A DNA stretch of 64,000 bases, taken from the NCBI GenBank assembly GCA_000505065.1, contig AWSN01000001.1:339647-403646 (forward strand), in the 5' to 3' direction. This DNA comes from Parcubacteria bacterium RAAC4_OD1_1. Lineage in GTDB: Bacteria; Patescibacteriota; Minisyncoccia; Phycocordibacterales; UBA9973. The notes under the pieces were generated by a model. It saw only the letters and a list, made by a program, of their open reading frames with translations, made no database searches and was not told the origin of the DNA. Below are positions 1 through 8,756 of the stretch, piece after piece. The translations under genes and the position numbers were made by a program. Within the stretch, counting starts at the first letter, position 1, and every line of letters begins with the position of its first letter.

Positions 1-165
1 ACTTAGGGGGAAGTTCCTATGTATTACTACCTCGTTCGCCACTAACTTTAAACGACCTTTGACCTTGATATAATCTCAATCTCCGGAAATAAAAAGTCCG
101 TTCGACTTGCATGCCTTATCCACGCCGCCAGCGTTCATCCTGAGCTAGGATCAAACTCTATTAAA
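1..165 (-). rRNA. rrs: 16S rRNA, 5' end only (gene continues past window start)
   Basis: Reverse complement of about 100-159 reads AGAGTTTGATCCTAGCTCAGGATGAACGCTGGCGGCGTGGATAAGGCATGCAAGTCGAACGG, the universal 16S 5' region. Downstream matches the h5-h6/V1 pattern (GTGGCGAACGAGGTAGTAATACATAGG). Confidence 0.9.
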
Positions 166-213
166 AAAATAGAACGAAACAAAATAAAAAATACTTTGTT
201 TTTACTGGATTAT

Positions 214-232
214 CGTCTCGCACGTTGCGAGA
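214..232 (-). other. Perfect hairpin (gtctcgcacgttgcgagac) in the 16S 5' leader; possible rRNA processing stem
   Basis: 8-bp inverted repeat about 60 nt upstream of the mature 16S 5' end; function inferred. Confidence 0.3.
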
Positions 233-468
233 CTTAACTTTATGATTTGCTACCACTTAAAAAGTGGGCAAATATTATATTGCCTCGATTAATTTACTCC
301 TAAAATAATCGGGCTAATTGAATGATACATTTCTATATAATTTTCAAAGAAATTAAAACAGCCAGAAACTAATCAGACTGTGGGTTCTATTATATACAAA
401 TCAATAAATAAGTCAAGGGTTTTTTATATAAAATAATACATAATAAAAACCCTTATTTTAAAAGGTTT

Positions 469-918
469 TTATTTGATGTTATCTTTATTAAAAGCTTTCC
501 TTATTTTACCTTCATTTGGGTCTTTGCCAATATTAGATTTCTTGATATTAGATAATTTATTTTTCTTATTTTCAATATTTTGTCTTTTAGCTTCATTAAA
601 TCTTCCAAACAATTCCCAACCTTGATCTTCTTTCTCAAACAAAATATTATCATCTAATTTAAGTTCTTTTAAGCTTACATAAGATTCGTCTTCGTTATTA
701 TCTTTTTTAACTTCTTCTATATCTCCATTTTGTTCTAACTCTTTAATAACTTCAAAATCATACTCCGTCAAAAGATGACCATTTTCTTTTGGTGCTTCTA
801 GTGGTTCTTCTTTTTTATCATCAATCTGATTGTCAAATTTTATTTCGAGTTGCTCTGCATCTGGTTTATTTATTTTTTTATTAAAACTAAATTTTTCCAT
901 AGCTCTATTATAATACAT
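469..918 (-). CDS. hypothetical charged (Lys/Glu/Asn-rich) protein
   Basis: 149-aa ORF with no recognisable motif; a hairpin terminator follows at 415-460. Confidence 0.4.
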   Translation of the reverse strand: MYYNRAMEKFSFNKKINKPDAEQLEIKFDNQIDDKKEEPLEAPKENGHLLTEYDFEVIKELEQNGDIEEVKKDNNEDESYVSLKELKLDDNILFEKEDQGWELFGRFNEAKRQNIENKKNKLSNIKKSNIGKDPNEGKIRKAFNKDNIK

Positions 919-1045
919 TTTTAATATTTACAAAAACCTATTTTTCTGCAATAATTCATTTAACTAACATTCCCTGTTATGCTGTTTTGGTAAATCTAAA
1001 GCTAATACAGTAAAATAAAGTTTAGTTTAAGAAAATAAATAGTTT

Positions 1046-1121
1046 GCCCTGTTAGCTCAGCTGGTAGAGCAGCTCCCTCTTAAGGAGATGGTCGGGGGTT
1101 CGATCCCCTCACGGGGCACCA
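1046..1121 (+). tRNA. tRNA-Lys (anticodon CTT), CCA encoded
   Basis: Cloverleaf GCCCTGT/ACGGGGC acceptor, D-arm GCTCAGCTGGTAGAGC, anticodon loop CT-CTT-AA, T-arm GGGGGTTCGATCCCCT, 3' CCA. Confidence 0.9.
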
Positions 1122-1134
1122 AAGCGTGAGACCA

Positions 1135-1168
1135 AAGAAAGCAACCTTCGTTGCTTTCTTTCGCTTTT
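1135..1168 (+). terminator. rho-independent terminator after tRNA-Lys
   Basis: Hairpin aagaaagcaaccttcgttgctttctt followed by a T-rich run. Confidence 0.5.
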
Positions 1169-1179
1169 GTGAGACGGAG

Positions 1180-1386
1180 TCATATTTTTTTCAGCAGAAA
1201 AAATAGACGAGTCAGGGTCGTGAAATTTTTCTTGTGACGACAAAAAAAATATTCCTGACCAAATAAAAAAGCACAAAATTTGTGATTTTTAAACATACCT
1301 AAATGTATGTTTAAAAAGATCGAAAGACGGACCGCGACGGCGGGAGTCGGGGTCGCAAGATTTTTCAGTAGAAAAATACTTGTGAC
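1180..1386 (+). repeat. two partial copies of structured repeat family 1 between tRNA-Lys and its 3'-end duplicate
   Basis: Contains the family modules ccgc-gacg-gcgg hairpin and atttttcag(c/t)agaaaaat hairpin (twice). ORF 1180..1407 here is judged spurious. Confidence 0.5.
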
Positions 1387-1406
1387 CGATTCCCTCACGG
1401 GGCACA
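1387..1406 (+). repeat. partial direct duplicate of the tRNA-Lys 3' end (19 of 21 nt)
   Basis: cgattccctcacggggcaca matches cgatcccctcacggggcacca at 1101-1121 (tRNA T-arm and acceptor 3' half). Confidence 0.7.
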
Positions 1407-1435
1407 AAAATAAAAAACCATTACAAAATGGTTTT

Positions 1436-2419
1436 TTATTTTCTCAACATTTTTACAAGCCCATCTATTAAGTATTTAATAGACTTATCATCATATAATG
1501 ACAAAGTGAAAACTGAATTCCCTGTTTTTTCAAAATCACTTTTTATTTTTTCTAATTTCTTTTGATCCGTCTTTTTACTTAAATCAAGCACGTCAGTTTT
1601 TGTAAGAATTATCACTTCCTTTTTTTCTAAAAGACTTTTATCGTAACTACCCAATTCTTTCCTGATCTGTTTGTAAACTTTTATTGGATTTTCATTTTCC
1701 AAAGATACAAGATGCGCAAGCATCCTAGTCCTCTTTATATGCTTTAAAAATTTAATTCCAAGTCCTTTTCCTTCACTCGCTCCCTCGATAAGTCCAGGAA
1801 TATCAGCAATGGTAAATCCATAAAAATCACCAAGGTTTGGATCAAGAGTTGTAAACTGATAACTACCAATTTTTGCATTTGCATTTGTAATAGAATTAAG
1901 AAGAGATGACTTCCCAGCATTAGGAAGACCAACTAGTCCAACATCAGCAAAAAGCTCAAGTTCTATTTTAAAATTACCCTCTTCCCCCCTTTTCCCTTTT
2001 GTTGCTCTTGTTGGAGTTGTGTTTGTTGAAGTTTTAAATTGTTCATTACCATATCCACCCACACCACCCTTAAGTAAAAGTTCTTTTTGTCCTGCCTCAT
2101 CTAAAGATACAGAAAATCCACTTTCGATATTTGTGATCACAGATCCCACTGGAAGCTCAATGATCAAATCTTTTCCATCACCGCCTTTTCTACTTCCCCC
2201 CGCTCCATCTTCACCACTCTCTCCTTCAAATTTTTTCTTATGTTTATATCTACTAAGTAAATGTATATCTTGGAGAGCTATAGCATAAATATCTCCACCA
2301 CGTCCTCCATCTCCACCGTTTGGACCTCCCTTATCTATAAACTTTTCTCGACGCCAGCGAACAACCCCGTCTCCACCGTGGCCAGCTTGTGCATAAAATT
2401 TTATTTCATCGATAAACAT
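1436..2419 (-). CDS. obg: GTPase Obg
   Basis: N-terminal Obg fold MFIDEIKFYAQAGHGGDGVVRWRREKFIDKGGPNGGDGGRGGDIY followed by a GTPase domain (GLVGLPNAGKSSLL...DIPGLIEGA). The upstream 26 codons of the ORF come from a family-1 repeat, so the start is set at the MFIDE Met. Confidence 0.9.
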   Translation of the reverse strand: MFIDEIKFYAQAGHGGDGVVRWRREKFIDKGGPNGGDGGRGGDIYAIALQDIHLLSRYKHKKKFEGESGEDGAGGSRKGGDGKDLIIELPVGSVITNIESGFSVSLDEAGQKELLLKGGVGGYGNEQFKTSTNTTPTRATKGKRGEEGNFKIELELFADVGLVGLPNAGKSSLLNSITNANAKIGSYQFTTLDPNLGDFYGFTIADIPGLIEGASEGKGLGIKFLKHIKRTRMLAHLVSLENENPIKVYKQIRKELGSYDKSLLEKKEVIILTKTDVLDLSKKTDQKKLEKIKSDFEKTGNSVFTLSLYDDKSIKYLIDGLVKMLRK

Positions 2420-2434
2420 AAAAGCTAAAATTAA

Positions 2435-2535
2435 AATAGTCTTATTGGAGTGGCTTGCGAGCGCGACGGCGCGAGCACTTGAGAAAATTTTTAGCAAAAA
2501 ATTTTCGTGCCCTCCGAGAAGAGCTATTTTAATTT
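2435..2535 (+). repeat. structured repeat family 1, copy D
   Basis: gcttgcgagcgcgacggcgcgagc...aaaatttttagcaaaaaatttt...gagaagagctatttta shares the modular architecture of copies at 4288, 15478 and 33072. Its 3' end forms the hairpin agagctattttaattttagctct. Confidence 0.7.
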
Positions 2536-2557
2536 TAGCTCTCCATTATTTATAACC

Positions 2558-3454
2558 TTAACTCATTAAAGCTTTTTTAACAAGTTCCATAATTCCTTCT
2601 TTAGATTTAGCAACAATTAAAAATCTACCATTATGACAAAAAATTGCATCTTTCACTCCAGATACTTGTGACATTTCTTCATCTCTTTTTCCAGCCCACT
2701 CTACAGGAAATGGCTTTCTTGTTTCAAATTTATACTTTTCTTTACGAACTGCTTCTGCTCGCCAAGTATCTCCTTTTTTAAAAACTACATACAATGGTTC
2801 ACTATATTCATTTATAATTTCAAACCAAGGGTATGATTTATCAAAAATAAGAACTCTTTTATCTTCTGACTCCTCGTAAACTTTTTTAACAATAGATGCT
2901 ACTTCAATAGAATCTTTAATTCTTACAATTTCTCTTTTTAAAATATCTGCAACTAAAGGAACTAATTTAATAAATGGAGCATCATAATCTTCTTTTTCTT
3001 TCCAGCTTGGTCTAAAACTAAAAAATAAATCCTGTATTGTATATGGAGCAATTCCACTATTAACATCAAAAAGATTTATGCCATTATCGTTTGCATCAAT
3101 TGGTAAAACTAATCTCTCTTCTATCTTCTCCGCAACTTCTTTACTCTCACAAATTTCTTCTCCATACTTTTTCCAAATAAGACCAAAAGATGAGTAAGGA
3201 ATTCCATTTTCTCTTTGCCCAGCACCACCCTTCTGATGGTGATCAAACTTATTTTTCTCTGGGTCATATTCTCCACCTACATCATATAAATAATCAGCTT
3301 TCTCAAAAATTTTCGGATCTCTTGTGCGAATGATTTTGATATTTCCATCATTTAAAATAGAGAGTGTCGCTGTTGCAAAAAGATCATCAGCATGAAAAGC
3401 TCCATTGTGAGTGACACATATTTTCTTTTTTTTTAAAAAATTCATATTAATCAA
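2558..3454 (-). CDS. MYG1/UPF0160 family metal-dependent hydrolase
   Basis: N-terminal CVTHNGAFHADD and DHHQ motifs typical of the MYG1 family. Confidence 0.8.
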   Translation of the reverse strand: MINMNFLKKKKICVTHNGAFHADDLFATATLSILNDGNIKIIRTRDPKIFEKADYLYDVGGEYDPEKNKFDHHQKGGAGQRENGIPYSSFGLIWKKYGEEICESKEVAEKIEERLVLPIDANDNGINLFDVNSGIAPYTIQDLFFSFRPSWKEKEDYDAPFIKLVPLVADILKREIVRIKDSIEVASIVKKVYEESEDKRVLIFDKSYPWFEIINEYSEPLYVVFKKGDTWRAEAVRKEKYKFETRKPFPVEWAGKRDEEMSQVSGVKDAIFCHNGRFLIVAKSKEGIMELVKKALMS

Positions 3455-3788
3455 AATGAAAAAATTTTGTAAGTATCCAGTTTATAATTGAAACAACTAT
3501 AGCACTTATAAATGCCGAAACAAAAGTTGCAACAACAAATCCGTCTATAACGGTTCCAAGATACCAAAAAACTAGGCCATTTATAACAAGAGAAAAAAGA
3601 CCTAGTGTAATTATATTTATAGGAAGAGTTAATATTTTTATAACAGGTTTAATAAACATATTAAAAAGTGCTAAACAAGCACCTACCACAAAAGAAGACA
3701 AGACGGAATCTGTACTTACTCCTGAAATCAATTCGGATGTGACCCAAACTGCTATAGACAATATCAACCAACGTAAAATAATTCGCAT
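3447..3788 (-). CDS. small 4-TM membrane protein (YvlD/DUF360, phage-holin-4-like superfamily)
   Basis: 113 aa with four hydrophobic segments; resembles PF04020-type proteins. Confidence 0.55.
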   Translation of the reverse strand: MRIILRWLILSIAVWVTSELISGVSTDSVLSSFVVGACLALFNMFIKPVIKILTLPINIITLGLFSLVINGLVFWYLGTVIDGFVVATFVSAFISAIVVSIINWILTKFFHFD

Positions 3789-3799
3789 AATTTTATATT

Positions 3800-4255
3800 T
3801 TATTTATAAAGTTCATCAACCACACTTTTAACCATAGCTCCATCTGCTTTACCCTTCAAATCTTTCATAAGTGTTGCCATAAACATTCCTTTCTTTGTAG
3901 GGTCTATTATACTTACTTCTCTGATTTTATTTTTTACAAATTCTTCCACTTCTTCCTTCTCCATCAATTTGGGTAAATATTCATTGAGTATTGCAAGTTG
4001 TTTAGATTCTTCTTCAACAAGATCCATTCTTCCTCCCTTGGTAAATTGCTCTATAGAATCTTTTCTTTGTTTTGCTAGTCTTGTAATCACAATAATTGAT
4101 TGCTCATCAGTAAGAGTATCTTGTGGGGTCCTCCCTGTTGCCACAAGTTCATTCATAAATGCAGTTGAAAGGCCCCTCATCACTTCGAGCCTCACCTTAT
4201 CCCCTGCTTTCATACTTTCTTTTATTCCATTTTTTATATTTTCATGTAATGTCAT
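3800..4255 (-). CDS. yqeY: GatB/YqeY domain protein
   Basis: Typical YqeY sequence (MKAGDKVRLEVMRGL...TDEQSIIVI...EYLP). The ORF's upstream 27 codons lie in a family-1 repeat, so the start is set at MTLHENIK. Confidence 0.8.
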   Translation of the reverse strand: MTLHENIKNGIKESMKAGDKVRLEVMRGLSTAFMNELVATGRTPQDTLTDEQSIIVITRLAKQRKDSIEQFTKGGRMDLVEEESKQLAILNEYLPKLMEKEEVEEFVKNKIREVSIIDPTKKGMFMATLMKDLKGKADGAMVKSVVDELYK

Positions 4256-4287
4256 GTATTTATTATAACACAAAAATCTTGAATAAA

Positions 4288-4384
4288 ATAGTCTTTGAGA
4301 AATGCCTTGCGCAGGACGACGGTCCGAGCAGAGCAAAAATCCAGCAGGATTTTATGTGTGCATTTCAAGAAGAGCTATTTTATT
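4288..4384 (+). repeat. structured repeat family 1, copy A (reference copy)
   Basis: aatagtctttgagaaatgccttgcgcagg-ACGACGG-tccgagcagagcaaaaatccagcaggattttatgtgtgcatttcaagaagagctatttta; about 85 percent identical to the reverse complement of 33072-33168. Confidence 0.8.
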
Positions 4385-4414
4385 CAAGATTAATAAAATG
4401 CTACAATATAATAT

Positions 4415-5140
4415 ATGAAACAAATTATATTTTTTGATACAGAGACAACAGGCAATGAACCCAAAAAAGATTTCCTTTGCCAATTAGCATATAAAAATGG
4501 CACAGAAACTTTCTGTGAACTTTACAAACCATCTATTCCTATACCACCTGAAGCAAGTGCTATTACCCATATTACAAACAAAATGGTTACCACAAAAAAT
4601 CATTTCCAAGAAGATCCAAGTTATAAAACAATCAAAGAATTATTTGAAGATCCAAATGGAGTAGTCGTCGCCCACAATGCCAAGTTTGACCTTGCTATCA
4701 TAGAAAAAGAAAACATCAAGCCAGCCAATTTCATTTGCACTCTTCGTGTCGCAAGATATTTAGATAAAGAAAATGTAATTCCCCAATATAAACTCCAATA
4801 TTTAAGATACTATCTAGAGATAGAAATAGAAGCTTCGGCTCATGATGCACTTGGAGATGTCCTCGTGCTTGAGAAATTATACGAGAGATTAATTGCAAAA
4901 ATAATGAAGGAAGAAAATTGTGATGAAGCTAATGCCATAGAAAAAATGATAGAAATTTCAAGTCGTCCTTCACTTATGAATATGTTTAATTTTGGAAAAT
5001 ACAATGGCAAAACAGTCGAGGAGGTAGCAAATATTGACCGCGGATATTTAGAATGGATGCTTGCCCAAAAAGAGCAAAACCCTGACAACGAAGAAGATTG
5101 GATTTATACATTAAAACATTATTTGGGGAAATTAAAATAA
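4415..5140 (+). CDS. DEDDh 3'-5' exonuclease (DnaQ/ExoX-like) with C-terminal KYNGKT..YLEWM domain
   Basis: Exo motifs FFDTETTG, VAHNAKFDLAII, HDALGDV; C-terminal FGKYNGKTVEEV...GYLEWM. Confidence 0.8.
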   Translation: MKQIIFFDTETTGNEPKKDFLCQLAYKNGTETFCELYKPSIPIPPEASAITHITNKMVTTKNHFQEDPSYKTIKELFEDPNGVVVAHNAKFDLAIIEKENIKPANFICTLRVARYLDKENVIPQYKLQYLRYYLEIEIEASAHDALGDVLVLEKLYERLIAKIMKEENCDEANAIEKMIEISSRPSLMNMFNFGKYNGKTVEEVANIDRGYLEWMLAQKEQNPDNEEDWIYTLKHYLGKLK

Positions 5141-5161
5141 AAATATGCTAAAATATACCAT

Positions 5162-6211
5162 ATGGAAATTTTAATTATTATATTTTTAGGAGTACTTATT
5201 GTTCTAGTTATAGGATTATTTTTCTTTTTGAAAAAGCCGACAAAAGACAATAGCGACGGGGTGACAAATATGCTCCTCCAACAGATCAATGAGCTTTCTC
5301 GAACCATAGATAACAAGCTTGGGGAATCACAAAAAGAAATAAATCAATCAATGCGATACCAATCTACAGAAACTTCCCGTATCATAGCTGACATTACAGA
5401 AAAGATTACAAGGCTTGATGAAACGAACAAGCAAGTTGTTTCTTTCGCAGACCAACTTAAAAATTTACAAGACATTTTAAAGAACCCAAAGCAACGCGGA
5501 ATATTGGGAGAGTATTATCTAGAAACATTATTAAAGAATGTCATGCCTCCGGGGTCTTACCAGATGCAGTACCCATTCCCTGATGGCACAATAGTTGATG
5601 CAGTCGTATTTGTAAAAGACAAAATCATCCCAATAGATTCAAAATTCTCGCTCGAAAATTATAATCGTATAAGTGAAACTAGCGACAAGACAGAAAAAGA
5701 AAGGCTAGAAAAAGTTTTTATAAATGATTTAAAGAATAGAATTGTAGAAACTTCCAAATATATTTTACCTGAAGAAAATACAATGGACTTTGCATTTATG
5801 TTTATACCCCATGAAGCAATTTACTACGATCTACTTATAAATAAAATCGGTGCAGTGACAGAGGATACCGAGAATCTAATCCAGCGTGCCGCAAGCAAAT
5901 ACAAAGTTATCATTGTTTCCCCTACTTCATTCCTTGCATATCTTCAAACTGTACTTCAAGGTCTCAAGGCTATGCAGATAGAAGAAAGTGCTAAAGATAT
6001 AGTCAAAAGAGTTGGAGACTTGGGTAAACATTTAAAATCATATGAGGAAGTTCACCAAAAGTTGGGCAATGCCATCTCCACAGTCGCTAATCATTTCACA
6101 AAATCAAATCAGGAGTTTAAAAAAATAGACAAAGACGTTATGAGGATAACTGGTGAAGCTATAGGAATAGAAACAATACAAATAGAAAAGCCAGATCAAG
6201 AAGAAATGTAA
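5162..6211 (+). CDS. rmuC: DNA recombination protein RmuC
   Basis: N-terminal TM segment, coiled coil, and an RmuC-like C-terminal region (YILPEENTMDFAFMFIPHEAIYYDL...IIVSPTSFLAYLQTV). Confidence 0.8.
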   Translation: MEILIIIFLGVLIVLVIGLFFFLKKPTKDNSDGVTNMLLQQINELSRTIDNKLGESQKEINQSMRYQSTETSRIIADITEKITRLDETNKQVVSFADQLKNLQDILKNPKQRGILGEYYLETLLKNVMPPGSYQMQYPFPDGTIVDAVVFVKDKIIPIDSKFSLENYNRISETSDKTEKERLEKVFINDLKNRIVETSKYILPEENTMDFAFMFIPHEAIYYDLLINKIGAVTEDTENLIQRAASKYKVIIVSPTSFLAYLQTVLQGLKAMQIEESAKDIVKRVGDLGKHLKSYEEVHQKLGNAISTVANHFTKSNQEFKKIDKDVMRITGEAIGIETIQIEKPDQEEM

Positions 6212-6217
6212 AACAAA

Positions 6218-6256
6218 CAGTCCAGCTCCGGCTTAAGCCGGAGCTGGACTGTTTTT
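6218..6256. terminator. bidirectional hairpin terminator between rmuC and the GY-rich gene
   Basis: cagtccagctccggcttaagccggagctggactg followed by T-run. Confidence 0.6.
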
Positions 6257-6274
6257 AAATCTATTTTATCTTTA

Positions 6275-6742
6275 TTAGTTACAATAGTAACTTCCACATT
6301 GTGGATAGAAAAACTTTGGTCCTATAAATGATACATAATCACTAGGAACTCCACTGTATCCACCATTTAGATATGGATAACCACTCATAGTTGTTCTTTG
6401 TGATCCATAAATACTATTACTAAACATTGGATTTTGATAGTATCCATAATTTCCTCCATAATATGAAGGAGAATAACCATAGCCACCACCATAATTAGAA
6501 GCATAATTATAATTATCATAGCCGTAGCCACCATAACTAGAGCCATAACCATAATTATCGTAACCATAGCCACTATCATATCCATAGTTATCATAGCCAT
6601 AACCATACCCATCATTATAATAATTACTTGAGCCAAAACTTATATCAACCCCAAAGTAAGCATCAGATTTCTCAGGAAGAGCAAATACTGAAACTCCAAC
6701 AAGGATGACAAAAGCGACTACTAAAATGTTAATTTTTTTCAT
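6275..6742 (-). CDS. secreted Gly/Tyr-repeat low-complexity protein
   Basis: Signal peptide MKKINILVVAFVILVGVSVFA, then GYGYDNYGYD-type repeats, C-terminal CGSYYC. Confidence 0.65.
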   Translation of the reverse strand: MKKINILVVAFVILVGVSVFALPEKSDAYFGVDISFGSSNYYNDGYGYGYDNYGYDSGYGYDNYGYGSSYGGYGYDNYNYASNYGGGYGYSPSYYGGNYGYYQNPMFSNSIYGSQRTTMSGYPYLNGGYSGVPSDYVSFIGPKFFYPQCGSYYCN

Positions 6743-6873
6743 AACATATATATTATATACCTTTTAAATCATTTTGTCAAGCCTAATTAAAACCCTTTAT
6801 TTAATACCTTTTCTATAAAAAAACCATCACCTAAACGTAGGGATGGTTTAATCTTATAAAAAACAAAAAAAAA

Positions 6874-7749
6874 TTAACTAGCCAACACCTGCTCTTTAAT
6901 CTTTTCCAAATAAGAACATTTTCTAAGTTTTCGAAAAGCCACAGTTTTAATATTTTCAACTGTTTCTTTTGGAATTTTCATTTCAAAAGCTATTTCACTA
7001 ATCGTTTTCTTTTCATAACCAATTCCAAAATTTTTCACGATGATTTCTTTTTGAACATCAGATAAAACAGATAACAGTCTTTGAACATTTTCATATCCCG
7101 ACATTACTTCTAAAAGTCTAAATGGATTGGGAGCATTTTTATCTTCTAAAACATCATATAAGTTTTTTTCTTCTTCATTATTTTTATAATCAAGTGAAAA
7201 AGCTGGTATTGAATATTGAGAAGCGGCTAATATGTTTTTAACACTTTTGCCTGTAATCTGAGACAACTCTTCAAGTGTAGGATTACGATCATTTTCTTTT
7301 TCAAATGAAGCTTTCACTTTCTTAATTTTATTAATAAGTTCAATTGCATTATAAGGAAGAGATATTACTCTGTCTTGCTTATAACTAAGATCTATCATTG
7401 ATTGTTTAATCCACGAAACAGCATAAGTAATCAACTTAAAACCTTTTGTGTCATCAAATCTTTCAATTGCTTTAATGAGTCCCAGATTCCCTGCATTAAT
7501 AAGATCAGACAGTTCCGAAAAGGGATATTTCTTTTTATGTTCATTTGCGACAGAAATTACAAATCGCAAATTTGCACAAATAAGTTCGTTCCTTGCCTCA
7601 ATGTCACCCTTCTTAGCTTTTCTAACTAAAACCACTTCCTTTTCAGCATTTATTAAATGATATTTACTAACATCATTTAAATAATAAGAAATCACAGATG
7701 TTCTTTCTGTGATAGAAAATTGGGATACTTTTAAATTAAGCTTTGTCAT
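6874..7749 (-). CDS. RNA polymerase sigma-70 family factor (compact RpoD-like)
   Basis: Region 2 (ICANLRFVISVANEH...GNLGLIKAIERFD), regions 3 and 4 present. Confidence 0.85.
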   Translation of the reverse strand: MTKLNLKVSQFSITERTSVISYYLNDVSKYHLINAEKEVVLVRKAKKGDIEARNELICANLRFVISVANEHKKKYPFSELSDLINAGNLGLIKAIERFDDTKGFKLITYAVSWIKQSMIDLSYKQDRVISLPYNAIELINKIKKVKASFEKENDRNPTLEELSQITGKSVKNILAASQYSIPAFSLDYKNNEEEKNLYDVLEDKNAPNPFRLLEVMSGYENVQRLLSVLSDVQKEIIVKNFGIGYEKKTISEIAFEMKIPKETVENIKTVAFRKLRKCSYLEKIKEQVLAS

Positions 7750-7831
7750 TCTCGTAAGTTTTTAATTGTTTATTTTTTGTTTTGTTAAATTACTATTTTT
7801 AAAATTAAATTACACTATTTTTACATAAAAA

Positions 7832-8416
7832 TCAACCCTTCTTACCTTTTCTAAATACCACTAATAACAAAACCAATGTATCAAATATAAATAAATATAA
7901 TGGATAAAGGAACTCTATTGGCATAAAATTATTAACTGCAAAAAGACTAAAAAGTCCTGCCAAAGAACAGAAACCCCAAGCAAGTGCTAACTCAGATTTT
8001 GGATTTTTATATGTTTTTATAATTGTTGGAATTCCAAAAAATAGATCAGCAAGTACTGCACACACGACCGCAACAAGAGCAATATCAGTAATTTGCCATA
8101 GTACTACTCCCAAGATTCCTAATCCAAAAAACATATAATCATATGTGGTCGTAGACCATACTCCTACTTTTTTATAAACAGAATAAATAACCACAAGCAC
8201 ACATGAAAGTGTATTAGCAAAAAGTATAATAACAGACCACTCTCCACCTTCAGATAACATTGCAAGCCCCCCTATAAATGTGATGAACGCCCACCCAAGC
8301 CAAGACAAATTGTGTGGATGTATTTCCTTTTTGTGAATACTAAAAAAGTAAGGCACAATCCCAAGGAAAGTAAAAACTGCTGACAAAATCCCAAATAAAA
8401 TTTTAATATTATACAT
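7832..8416 (-). CDS. polytopic membrane protein, unknown function
   Basis: 194 aa with about six hydrophobic helices. Confidence 0.5.
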   Translation of the reverse strand: MYNIKILFGILSAVFTFLGIVPYFFSIHKKEIHPHNLSWLGWAFITFIGGLAMLSEGGEWSVIILFANTLSCVLVVIYSVYKKVGVWSTTTYDYMFFGLGILGVVLWQITDIALVAVVCAVLADLFFGIPTIIKTYKNPKSELALAWGFCSLAGLFSLFAVNNFMPIEFLYPLYLFIFDTLVLLLVVFRKGKKG

Positions 8417-8419
8417 ATT

Positions 8420-8692
8420 TTATTTCTCTAACTTTTTATATAAAGTCCCTGTTATGATTAGTATAATGACTCCAAAAGAAAACATAGCCCAAGGGTTAAA
8501 TTTCAAAAAATTTATACTAAGTATCAAATCTTTAACTCCTTGGCTCATCATCGTCGCCCCAATGACGACAAGGAAAGCAAAAAGAAGCGGATATCTCTCA
8601 AAGACAGATTTCCCTTTTTTACTAAACATCTCATTTATTTTTGCGGTAAGTTCTTCTACTTTTTTTAATAAATCTAATTGATTTTTATCCAT
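8420..8692 (-). CDS. small membrane protein, unknown function
   Basis: 90 aa with a coiled-coil N-terminus and two TM segments. Confidence 0.45.
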   Translation of the reverse strand: MDKNQLDLLKKVEELTAKINEMFSKKGKSVFERYPLLFAFLVVIGATMMSQGVKDLILSINFLKFNPWAMFSFGVIILIITGTLYKKLEK

Positions 8693-8726
8693 AATTCTAT
8701 TCTATCATTTTATCAGCCAAAAATAA

Positions 8727-8750
8727 AAAGCCCCATAGGGCTTTTTATTT
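8727..8750. terminator. hairpin terminator
   Basis: aaaagccccatagggctttt flanked by A/T runs. Confidence 0.5.
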
Positions 8751-8756
8751 TTGAAA

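Noticed and set aside
1180-1407. 75-aa ORF on the minus strand downstream of tRNA-Lys
   Set aside because: Lies entirely within repeat-family-1 fragments and the tRNA 3'-end duplicate. Its composition is dictated by the GC-rich repeat, so it is judged non-coding.
1744-2288. ORFs 1744..1932 (-) and 2019..2288 (+) inside or antisense to obg
   Set aside because: They overlap a well-supported Obg coding frame and have low-complexity, frame-shadow composition.
2420-2497. 26-codon N-terminal extension of the obg ORF (MLKIFSSARAVALASHSNKTILILAF)
   Set aside because: Encoded by repeat copy D. Canonical Obg begins at MFIDEIKFY, so the extension is treated as untranslated.
4256-4336. 27-codon N-terminal extension of yqeY
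   Set aside because: Encoded by repeat copy A. The conserved YqeY start is MTLHENIK.
6385-6636. 83-aa ORF (MAQVIIIMMGMVMAM...) overlapping the GY-rich gene
   Set aside because: It is an alternative frame of the Gly/Tyr codon repeats. The signal-peptide-bearing frame is the credible one.
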